27,490 nucleotides of DNA from an uncultured Nitrospinaceae bacterium. GTDB taxonomy: Bacteria > UBA8248. Position 1 is the stretch's first letter; each line of letters begins with the position of its first letter. The stretch lies in the NCBI GenBank assembly GCA_964005815.1, contig CAXFSR010000027.1:1-27490 (forward strand), in the 5' to 3' direction. The position numbers and the translations under genes were made by a program. Positions 1-7,882 of the stretch are shown in pieces. A model generated the notes under the pieces. That model was not told the origin of the DNA. It did not search any database and saw only the letters and a program-made list of their open reading frames with translations.

Positions 1-169
1 CCCAATCATTTGTTATATCGAAAGGCGTGTATAAAGTGTTTATGTATTGCCCCTGAATTATTTCAGTTTTAGGAATAATAGAATCAGATGGGAATCCCGT
101 AGGATTTATTAAGTCATCATGTCTTTTAGGCAAGCTGTTGTTGAGAGTAACTAACCTTGTTTCCTGCAT
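1..169 (-). CDS. 5' part of a gene running off the left edge; possibly an acyl-CoA (methylmalonyl-CoA) mutase N-terminal subunit
   Basis: ATG at 169-167 with GAGG upstream; frame open to base 1: MQETRLVTLNNSLPKRHDDLINPTGFPSDSIIPKTEIIQGQYINTLYTPFDITNDW. LYTPxD..W resembles mutase N-termini. Only 56 codons are visible. Confidence 0.4.
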   Translation of the reverse strand, partial: MQETRLVTLNNSLPKRHDDLINPTGFPSDSIIPKTEIIQGQYINTLYTPFDITNDW

Positions 170-301
170 CTTATAGTTTTATCCTCAAAGATAGAAAACA
201 CAAAAAAACAAACTTCATGTTTTGCTAAAGTATAATGAATCCTATAACAATTTTGTTTCAAGATAAATTGACATGTTTGGGATAAGTAAATATTTATTAC
301 A

Positions 302-1285
302 TTAGTTTTTCTTCATAGAGTCTCTTAGAATCTCTCTTAGACCATTTAAGTCGTTCAGAAAAATAATATTTGACTTTTCAAGGTGTTCTTCGCAAGTCAT
401 AGAACCCGGACCTCCAATGATGATTTGAACTTCTTCTGGAATATGCCTTAATAACATTTTTACTTCTGTTAACAATTTAAAATCATTCGAAAGATTAGGC
501 ATACTAAGAATAACGAACTTCGTCTGAGTTTTTTGCACACCCATAACAATTTCTTCATAGGGAAGATTTACACCAAAATACAAAGTCTTAAAACCTTCAG
601 AAGCAGCTGTATTTAAAGCAGCCAAAAGACCAAATTCATGGAACTGTCCAGTCATTGTAGCACCGACAACCAACGGACCATCTACAGAAGACTGATACGC
701 CTCTCTCATACTCTCTAAAATAGAACGTACGACCAAAGACGCAATATGTTCCTGAACTATTCTCAATTCTCCCTTAGACCAAAGTTTACCTATCTCAGAC
801 ATTAATGGGACTGCAATTTTTTCACAAAACACACTCCTACCTACATGAACAACCGCATTAGACAACAATTTCTCAAGCCCATCCTGATCATAATCTTGAA
901 TGAATTTTAATGATTTTCTTATATAAGTTGAATATTCATTTTCAGATAGTTCAGTTAAATCGCCAGATATATCAATATTTGAATTTTCAGAATTAATCTC
1001 AGTTATATTAAGACTTGCCTGAATGTCTTCCTTTATCATTTCCTCAAGCTCATTATTAGATAAACCTGCAATATTTCCAATTTTATGACCAACCTTAGTC
1101 AATCTACTAAATAGGACAAGTCTTAAAATATCATCATTCGTATACTGTCTTCTCTTAGTTTCTGTTCTAACCGGAGATAAAGCCTGGTAACGTTTTTCCC
1201 AAACCCTAATCACGTGCTGAGACAGTCCACTTCTTTGAGAAGCAATACCAATGGAATGTAATCTTGTATTATTCATATATTTCAC
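302..1285 (-). CDS. MerR-family regulator with C-terminal cobalamin-binding domain (CarH/LitR-type AdoB12 photoreceptor)
   Basis: MerR HTH (SIGIASQRSGLSQHVIRVWEKRY...RRQYT); W-x9-EH motif (WSKGELRIVQEH); B12 His motif QFHEFG; then LS and IIGG. Real start may be ATG 1276. Confidence 0.9.
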   Translation of the reverse strand: MKYMNNTRLHSIGIASQRSGLSQHVIRVWEKRYQALSPVRTETKRRQYTNDDILRLVLFSRLTKVGHKIGNIAGLSNNELEEMIKEDIQASLNITEINSENSNIDISGDLTELSENEYSTYIRKSLKFIQDYDQDGLEKLLSNAVVHVGRSVFCEKIAVPLMSEIGKLWSKGELRIVQEHIASLVVRSILESMREAYQSSVDGPLVVGATMTGQFHEFGLLAALNTAASEGFKTLYFGVNLPYEEIVMGVQKTQTKFVILSMPNLSNDFKLLTEVKMLLRHIPEEVQIIIGGPGSMTCEEHLEKSNIIFLNDLNGLREILRDSMKKN

Positions 1286-1312
1286 TTTATTTAATTGTTA
1301 ATATTTTGTCAA
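1284..1312 (-). promoter_or_regulatory. Putative sigma70 promoter of the CarH-like gene
   Basis: Minus-strand TTGACA (1312-1307), 17-nt spacer, TAAAGT (1289-1284). Confidence 0.5.
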
Positions 1313-1331
1313 CTAAAATTGAAAATAATGT

Positions 1332-1360
1332 TTGACAAAAAGGAAACTTACAATTATTAT
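1332..1360 (+). promoter_or_regulatory. sigma70 promoter of the folE2-photolyase operon
   Basis: TTGACA (1332-1337), 17-nt spacer, TATTAT (1355-1360). Confidence 0.75.
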
Positions 1361-1390
1361 TTAGACATTATATAGACATTTATTAGTCAA
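1358..1390 (+). promoter_or_regulatory. CarH-type operator: three tandem 11-bp direct repeats
   Basis: TATTTAGACAT / TATATAGACAT / TTATTAGTCAA. The first two match the nnnnTnnACAn CarH repeat and the third has one mismatch; they overlap the -10 box and start site. Confidence 0.75.
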
Positions 1391-1422
1391 TTGTCTTAAT
1401 TTCATAGAAAAAGGGTCCTTAA

Positions 1423-2223
1423 ATGACAACCAACATATGCACTGATTCAGAAATAATGTCAGATGTACAATCGAGTCAAGATATAAGAAAGGTAAAAATT
1501 GAGAAAGTAGGCATAAAAAAAGTAAGAGTTCCAATTAAATTTTTTGATATTGATGAAAAGGTACAAAATACGATATCAGAAATAAGCTTATATGTAGATC
1601 TAGAAGACAATGTTAAAGGAACACATATGAGCAGATTTTTAGAAGTACTCAATAATACAAACTATGAAATTAGTGTTAACTCAATACCTGAATTGTTATC
1701 TAAAATTAGAACAAAATTAAATGCTAAGAATGCATATTGCAAAATTGATTTTCCATATATTTTAGAAAAAACATCTCCTATAGCAGGTGCAAAAGGTTTT
1801 ATGTCTTACAATTGCTCTATAGATGGATCCTCAGGAGATATCAATGAACAAATATTAGAGGTTAATGCATTGGTTACAACTTTATGTCCATGTTCAAAAG
1901 AACTTAGTTACGCAGGCGCTCATAATCAAAGAGGTGAGGTAAAAGTTAAAATCAAATCTGACAATGATTTATCAATAAGCGAAATTATAGATTATCTTGA
2001 ATCAGCAGCTAGCAGTCCACTTTATCCAGTTTTAAAAAGACCAGACGAAAAATATGTAACAGAAAAAGCATATGAAAATCCTAGATTTGTTGAAGATTTA
2101 CTAAGAGAGATAGTTGTTCAATTCAGATCTGATATTCGTATTCATTGGTTCGAAATTCATGTGGAAAATTTTGAATCTATTCATGCGCATAATGCATATG
2201 CATTTACAGAGGAATACAATTGA
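1423..2223 (+). CDS. folE2: GTP cyclohydrolase IB (FolE2)
   Basis: Motifs KGTHMSRF, TTLCPCSKE, GAHNQR, KRPDEK, NPRFVED, ESIHAHNA. Confidence 0.95.
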   Translation: MTTNICTDSEIMSDVQSSQDIRKVKIEKVGIKKVRVPIKFFDIDEKVQNTISEISLYVDLEDNVKGTHMSRFLEVLNNTNYEISVNSIPELLSKIRTKLNAKNAYCKIDFPYILEKTSPIAGAKGFMSYNCSIDGSSGDINEQILEVNALVTTLCPCSKELSYAGAHNQRGEVKVKIKSDNDLSISEIIDYLESAASSPLYPVLKRPDEKYVTEKAYENPRFVEDLLREIVVQFRSDIRIHWFEIHVENFESIHAHNAYAFTEEYN

Positions 2224-2654
2224 TTTATCAGGCTTATAAAGCATGCAAAAAGTTTCTCATTCTAGCAATTATCACATTTTTGTTTATATCAATAGGAAAT
2301 ATCAATATGACAATAGGGAATACCCTAAATAAATACCTTTGGGAAAAAAGAATTATTCTAATTTTCTCAAAACACAAGGATATTTCCTTATTTAAAGAAC
2401 AAAAAAATCAGTTTTCAAATCTACAAGATGAAACAAATGAAAGAGACTTAGTTTTTATTGAAATTTTCAAAGATAAGAATGCAAAGTATGAAAGTTTACA
2501 AGATAAATTCAATCCTAATTCTTCAGATTTTAAAATTATTCTTATTGGGAAAGATGGAGGAATTAAGCTTAATTCTTCAACAGTAGTCACTCATGAAAAA
2601 ATATTCTCACTTATAGACTCTATGCCTATGAGACAAATGGAAATGTTGCAATAG
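2220..2654 (+). CDS. DUF4174-like protein
   Basis: WEKRIILIF...FKIILIGKDGGIK...IFSLIDSMPMRQMEM signature; hydrophobic N-terminus; start uncertain. Confidence 0.8.
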   Translation: MIYQAYKACKKFLILAIITFLFISIGNINMTIGNTLNKYLWEKRIILIFSKHKDISLFKEQKNQFSNLQDETNERDLVFIEIFKDKNAKYESLQDKFNPNSSDFKIILIGKDGGIKLNSSTVVTHEKIFSLIDSMPMRQMEMLQ

Positions 2655-2696
2655 CCAAAAATTGGATGTAAATCTTGACATACGAAGGAAATAACT

Positions 2697-3593
2697 ATGA
2701 AAATATTATTAAGCGGTTCTAGCGGTCTAGTAGGGAAAGAACTAACTAAAACATTAATTTCTCTAAACCATAAGGTTTTACGTTTAATTAGAGACAAAAA
2801 AGATATTAAAGATGATGCAATTTTCTGGGATCCTGAAAATAATATTTTAGAATTAGACCACATAAAAGATATAGATGCAGTCATTCACTTGGCTGGAGAA
2901 AATATTGCTAATAAGAGATGGTCAAAAAAACAAAAAGAAATAATTCTAGAAAGTCGTGTAAAAAGCACTAAACTACTATCTGATAAGATTTTAAATTTAG
3001 ATTTAAAACCTCAAGTATTTATATCCGCATCAGCTATTGGTTATTATGGAACACAAACTATTGAACCAGTCAATGAATCTGACCCACCTGGCAAATCATT
3101 CTTATCTTATGTTTGTGAAAATTGGGAAAACTCAACAAAATCTTCTCGTAACAGTGGAATAAGAACTGTCAATATTAGAATCGGGATAATTTTAAGTCCT
3201 TTAGGAGGAGCCTTAAAAAAAATGTTAACTCCTTTCAAACTAGGTTTAGGAGGAAAAATTGGAGATGGAAATCAGATTATGAGTTGGATTTCATTGGAAG
3301 ATACGGTTAAAAGCATAATTCATATTCTAAAGAATGAACACTTAAGTGGTCCTGTCAATTTAACAAACCCAAATCCTGTAAATAACTATGAATTTACTAA
3401 AAAGCTCGGAAAGAAATTATCAAAAATAACTATCTTTCCATTACCTAAAACTATAGTGAAACTAATCTTTGGAGAAATGGGAGAAGAGTTGCTCCTATCA
3501 AGTATTGATGCACGTCCAGATGCTATGATTTCTTCTGGGTATAAATTTACGCATGAAAATCTTTCAGATTACTTTGACAATGAGAGCCTTTAA
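2697..3593 (+). CDS. TIGR01777-family NAD-dependent epimerase-like oxidoreductase (YfcH-like)
   Basis: GSSGLVG, VIHLAGENI..RWS, SASAIGYYG, RIGIILS..GGAL, GLGGKIGDGNQ.MSWI. Confidence 0.9.
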   Translation: MKILLSGSSGLVGKELTKTLISLNHKVLRLIRDKKDIKDDAIFWDPENNILELDHIKDIDAVIHLAGENIANKRWSKKQKEIILESRVKSTKLLSDKILNLDLKPQVFISASAIGYYGTQTIEPVNESDPPGKSFLSYVCENWENSTKSSRNSGIRTVNIRIGIILSPLGGALKKMLTPFKLGLGGKIGDGNQIMSWISLEDTVKSIIHILKNEHLSGPVNLTNPNPVNNYEFTKKLGKKLSKITIFPLPKTIVKLIFGEMGEELLLSSIDARPDAMISSGYKFTHENLSDYFDNESL

Positions 3594-3636
3594 AAAATAA
3601 AAAAATTTTTAACTAAATAATAATGAAATTAAAATT

Positions 3637-4044
3637 ATGAAATTTTTAATTATATCTAATTTATCTATTACAATTTTGATGTTAGGAATCATATGGTTTG
3701 TCCAATTGGTTCACTATCCTCTATTTCTAAAAGCAGATTTAAATAATTTTAAAAACTTTCACTCAGAACATACAAAAAGAATTTCTTGGATAGTAGCACC
3801 TCTTATGATTTCTGAAGGATTAGTAAGTACTGTACTTTTTGTCAAAATGCCGTCGATAATAACATTTATCGGTTTATCTATTTTAATTTTCATATGGATT
3901 TCTACTTTTTTTATACAAGTACCAATACATAATAAGCTTAACAAAGAATTTGACGTAAAATTATTCTATAAACTTTTAAAAAGTAACTGGATTAGAACTA
4001 TTGGTTGGTCACTTCGATCAGTAACATGCTTTTTATTAATGTAG
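3637..4044 (+). CDS. Conserved hypothetical multi-pass membrane protein
   Basis: Hydrophobic helices with IWFVQLVHYP, STFFIQVPIH and NWIRT..W motifs. Confidence 0.75.
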   Translation: MKFLIISNLSITILMLGIIWFVQLVHYPLFLKADLNNFKNFHSEHTKRISWIVAPLMISEGLVSTVLFVKMPSIITFIGLSILIFIWISTFFIQVPIHNKLNKEFDVKLFYKLLKSNWIRTIGWSLRSVTCFLLM

Positions 4045-4074
4045 ATTTTATTAATTAGTTTAGGAGGAGAGAAA

Positions 4075-4428
4075 ATGTCGGGAAAAATTGAGTGGTATTA
4101 CCATCGCAACGGATGAAATACTTGTTCTAAGACGCAAGAGTTTCTTGCAAAAAACAAAATAGAAGTTAAAGAAACCTTACTTTCAAGTAAACAAACAATT
4201 AAATGGGAAGCAGCAGAAAAGATTTTAAAAGAAGTTAAAGAAGTTTATTCTTCAAGAGGAAAAAAAACTACTCATTTAAAAATAGAAACAATCAAAAAAC
4301 AGAAAGAAGAAATAGAAAAGATGATTTTAGGACCAACAGGAAATCTACGTGCACCTTCTATAATTACGGGCGGAATTTTAATAGTAGGATTTAATGAAGA
4401 AACCTATAGTTCAGTTTTAAATAGCTAA
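4075..4428 (+). CDS. ArsC-like thioredoxin-fold selenoprotein (117 aa, Sec14, UxxC)
   Basis: RBS AGGAGG 4062-4067; ATG 4075; MSGKIEWYYHRNG-U(TGA 4114-4116)-NTCSKTQEFL...SRGKK...MILGPTGNLRAPSIITGGILIVGFNEETY; TAA 4426-4428. It fills the operon gap. Confidence 0.88.
4117..4157 (+). promoter_or_regulatory. Candidate bacterial SECIS element
   Basis: GCAAGA(4134-4139)-GTT-TCTTGC(4143-4148) hairpin; its G-initiated loop is 23 nt after the UGA; lower stem TTGTT(4122-4126)/AACAA(4153-4157). Confidence 0.65.
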
Positions 4429-4462
4429 GGAATCTTTTATTCACATTAAACAGGGTTAACAA

Positions 4463-5932
4463 GTGAACGAAAAAAATACAAAAAAGATTTTAGTAACCGG
4501 TGCTAGTGGCTATGTTGGATCTAGGCTCGTTTCTCTTTTACTAGAAAAAAAATATAAAGTAAGGGCGGCAAGCAGAAGTAAAAAGAAACTCTCTACATTT
4601 TCTTGGGCCAATGATCCAGATTTGGAAATTGTAGAATTAGACGCGTCTAACAAAGAATCTCTAAAAAATGCCTGCAAAGATTGTGATTGTGTATATTATT
4701 TCATCCATTCTATGGATGAAACTAGTTCTGACTTTGCTGAAACAGATAGAATAGCTGCAAACAATATGGTTTTTGCTTCAGAGTCAACCTTTGTCAAGAG
4801 AATTGTTTATCTGGGTGGTCTTGGAAATGAAAAACTTCATCTTAGCGAGCATCTTAGCTCTAGAAGAGAGGTTGAAGAAATACTCAAGCATGGTCAAACC
4901 CCGGTTACAATTTTCCGTTCTGCCATGATAGTAGGTTCCGGAAGCACTTCCTTTGAGATACTTCGTTACTTAGTAGAACGCCTACCAGTAATGATTACTC
5001 CAAGATGGGTTCAAACTGAAAGCCAACCTATCGCGATAAATGATATCCTTCAATATTTGATAAAATGTTTAGAAAAAGAAGAAACGATTGGGCAGACCTT
5101 CGACATTGGAGGACCTGAAATCTTATCCTACAGAAATCTTATGAAAATTTACGCGGAAGAAGCTAAAATCTGGAAAAGATTAATCATTCCGGTTCCTGTT
5201 TTGACACCAAGGCTAAGTTCTTATTGGGTGCACTTTATAACTCCGATAAAATCATCTGTCGCAAGGCCTTTGGCAGACGGGCTAAGAAATAAGCTAATAT
5301 GCAAAGATAATAGAATAAAAGAAATTATACCTATAAAACTAAGTGATTTAAGAACTACGATCAGAGAAGCCTATAATATAAGACAACATATTCCATTATC
5401 TAATTCAGAGAACACCTTACCCTCCACTTGGAAACATTCAGGCGATAAAGTCTGGGCAGGAGGAACAATTTTAAGAGATCATAGAGAACTAAATACAAAT
5501 GTCAAAAAAGAAAATATTTGGAGAACAATCTCTTCTATCGGAGGCAAAAATGGATGGTTCTATGGAGATTTTTTATGGAAACTACGAGGATTTTTAGATG
5601 AAGTTTTTGGAGGATATGGACTGTCGAGGGGAAGAAAAGAATACTCGACAATCAAAACCGGAGACATTATAGACTGCTGGGTCGTGGAAGATGTTAAGTT
5701 CGGAGAACGACTCTTACTTAAAGCCGAAATGAAATTACCTGGGATAGCATGGTTAGAGTTTACGTTAAAAGATAATAAAAAAAATAACTCTACACTTATT
5801 ACACAAACCGCCCACTTTATCCCTAGAGGGCTTTTTGGAATTCTTTACTGGTATTCAGTCTATATAATTCATCAGTTTATTTTCCGTGGAATGATACAAA
5901 AAATCGTCAAGAAATCGAAAGATCTTGGATGA
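4463..5932 (+). CDS. Atypical SDR/NAD(P)-binding protein with C-terminal DUF2867-like domain (YbjT-like)
   Basis: VTGASGYVG, YYFIHSM, SEHLSSRREVE, GSGSTSFE, GGKNGW, AEMKLPG.AWLEF, PRGLFG.LYWY. Confidence 0.9.
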   Translation: MNEKNTKKILVTGASGYVGSRLVSLLLEKKYKVRAASRSKKKLSTFSWANDPDLEIVELDASNKESLKNACKDCDCVYYFIHSMDETSSDFAETDRIAANNMVFASESTFVKRIVYLGGLGNEKLHLSEHLSSRREVEEILKHGQTPVTIFRSAMIVGSGSTSFEILRYLVERLPVMITPRWVQTESQPIAINDILQYLIKCLEKEETIGQTFDIGGPEILSYRNLMKIYAEEAKIWKRLIIPVPVLTPRLSSYWVHFITPIKSSVARPLADGLRNKLICKDNRIKEIIPIKLSDLRTTIREAYNIRQHIPLSNSENTLPSTWKHSGDKVWAGGTILRDHRELNTNVKKENIWRTISSIGGKNGWFYGDFLWKLRGFLDEVFGGYGLSRGRKEYSTIKTGDIIDCWVVEDVKFGERLLLKAEMKLPGIAWLEFTLKDNKKNNSTLITQTAHFIPRGLFGILYWYSVYIIHQFIFRGMIQKIVKKSKDLG

Positions 5933-5954
5933 CTAAATCCCCAGGAGGAAATAC

Positions 5955-6425
5955 ATGTTAAATCAAACTTTTTACCTAAAAGAAACACTAAAAATTCCTA
6001 TAAACATTCATGAAGCTTGGGATTTCTTTTCTAATCCATTGAACTTAAAGGAAATTACGCCTCCTCATCTTAACTTAATTGTAACGAATGAGATGCCAGA
6101 AAAGATGCATGCCGGAATGATCATTACTTATGTTGTAGAACCACTTTTGAAAATAAAAGTGAACTGGGTAACGGAAATTACGAATATGCAAGAACCTTTT
6201 TTCTTCGTAGATGAGCAAAGGTTTGGACCATACAAATTTTGGCATCATCAACACATTTTCAAAGAAATAGACGGAGGTGTAGAAGTAACAGATTTAGTAC
6301 ACTATAAGATTAGAGGATGGATATTCTCTTCTTTGATAAATAACTTAATTGTAAAAAATGAATTACAAAAGATCTTCTCATATAGAACAGAAGTTCTATT
6401 AAAGAAATTTGGGACTTTCAACTAA
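5955..6425 (+). CDS. SRPBCC (START-like) family protein
   Basis: AWDFFSNP.NL..ITPP, WVTEIT, FVDEQRFGPYKFWHHQH; RBS GGAGG. Confidence 0.85.
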   Translation: MLNQTFYLKETLKIPINIHEAWDFFSNPLNLKEITPPHLNLIVTNEMPEKMHAGMIITYVVEPLLKIKVNWVTEITNMQEPFFFVDEQRFGPYKFWHHQHIFKEIDGGVEVTDLVHYKIRGWIFSSLINNLIVKNELQKIFSYRTEVLLKKFGTFN

Positions 6426-6448
6426 TTTTTTCTCTCTTTTGATTAAAT

Positions 6449-7825
6449 ATGATTCAAAATACACGAATAAAATTACTTAATCAAAAAAACGTCCAAAATA
6501 GAGAATTTGTTCTTTATTGGATGCAATCTTCACAAAGAACTTACTTCAATCATGCCTTAGAATATTCGATACAAATATCAAACAAATTAAACAAGTTTTT
6601 AAAAGTGTGTTTTGTACTTAATAAAAATTATCCCGAAGCGCAGAACAGACATTTTCTTTTTATGCTTGAAGGACTTTATGAAGTACAAAAAGAATTAGCG
6701 CAAAGAAAAATTCAAATGACCTTAGAAATTGGCATCCCTAGTAAAATTATTAAAAAGTTTTCACAAAAATCTTGTTTAGTTGTAACAGATCGAGGGTATA
6801 CCAAAACTATAAACTCTTGGAAAAAAGAAGTTGGAATTAAAATAGATTGTCGATTAGTACAAGTAGAAACAGAAGCCATAGTTCCTATAGAGGAAGTTTC
6901 AAACAAAGAGGAATACGGGGCCTATACAATAAGACCAAAAATCAAGAAACTTTTAGGGAATTATCTACATCCCTTAAATCCATCTGATATCAAAAAAAAA
7001 GATACTACCGGCAATTCTTTTGAAAGTTTAAAAAAAACAAAACATATAATTGACAATCTAAAATCTGTTTCAACTTTGCCAAGAAAAGATTTTTTCAAAG
7101 GAGGCAGTCATGCTGCCAAGACGGAATTAAAAAGATTTCTAGAAACTAAAGCAAAAAATTACTCTTTGGATAAAAACAATCCTTCGTTAGACGCTCTATC
7201 CAATATGAGCCCATACCTACATTTCGGTCAAATATCTCCTATTGAAATAACTTTAGAAGTGCTAAAAAAAGAAATCTCTGACGAAACAAAAGAATCTTAC
7301 CTAGAAGAACTTATCATTCGAAGAGAACTAAGTTTCAACTTCGTTTTTTTTAACAAGTCTTATGATAATTTTGATTGTCTACCGAAATGGTGCAAAGACA
7401 CTCTTATGAAACACAAAAAAGATAAAAGGAATCATATTTATTCCCTAGAAGAGTTGGAACTAGCAAAAACTCATGACCCTTATTGGAATGCTGCCCAAAA
7501 AGAAATGATAATAAAAGGAAAAATGCATGGATACATGAGAATGTATTGGGGGAAAAAAATAATCGAGTGGACAAAAGATCCAGAGGTTGCATTTTGCAAT
7601 ACACTCTACCTAAACAACAAATATCAACTCGATGGAAGAGACCCAAACAGTTATAGTGGGGTTGCCTGGTGTTACGGAAAACATGACAGGCCATGGAAAG
7701 AGAGAAATATATTTGGAAAAATTAGATATATGAATGAAAACGGTTTGCGAAGAAAATTTGATATAGAAACATACGTTAACAAGACCGAAATACTTTACGC
7801 TAACTTATCCTTCAATAAAAAGTAG
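6449..7825 (+). CDS. phrB: Class II CPD DNA photolyase
   Basis: VLYWMQSSQR..NHAL, SPYLHFGQIS, THDPYWNAAQ, GKMHGYMRMYWGKKI.EW, DGRDPNSY, HDRPWKER. Confidence 0.93.
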   Translation: MIQNTRIKLLNQKNVQNREFVLYWMQSSQRTYFNHALEYSIQISNKLNKFLKVCFVLNKNYPEAQNRHFLFMLEGLYEVQKELAQRKIQMTLEIGIPSKIIKKFSQKSCLVVTDRGYTKTINSWKKEVGIKIDCRLVQVETEAIVPIEEVSNKEEYGAYTIRPKIKKLLGNYLHPLNPSDIKKKDTTGNSFESLKKTKHIIDNLKSVSTLPRKDFFKGGSHAAKTELKRFLETKAKNYSLDKNNPSLDALSNMSPYLHFGQISPIEITLEVLKKEISDETKESYLEELIIRRELSFNFVFFNKSYDNFDCLPKWCKDTLMKHKKDKRNHIYSLEELELAKTHDPYWNAAQKEMIIKGKMHGYMRMYWGKKIIEWTKDPEVAFCNTLYLNNKYQLDGRDPNSYSGVAWCYGKHDRPWKERNIFGKIRYMNENGLRRKFDIETYVNKTEILYANLSFNKK

Positions 7826-7882
7826 TAAAATTGAATCTAAGAGAGAATCGAACCAGTACTCCTAACAGTAAAGTTTTTTAGG

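Noticed and set aside
170..301. Cobalamin riboswitch upstream of the putative mutase, or an antisense promoter at TTGACA 268-273
   Set aside because: Region is short and AT-rich without riboswitch conserved boxes; the -10 match is poor.
4114..4116. TGA as Trp/Gly (alternative genetic code) or a simple nonsense mutation
   Set aside because: Other genes end at TGA (e.g. folE2, YbjT-like) and use TGG for Trp. The position in a redox UxxC plus the hairpin favours Sec.
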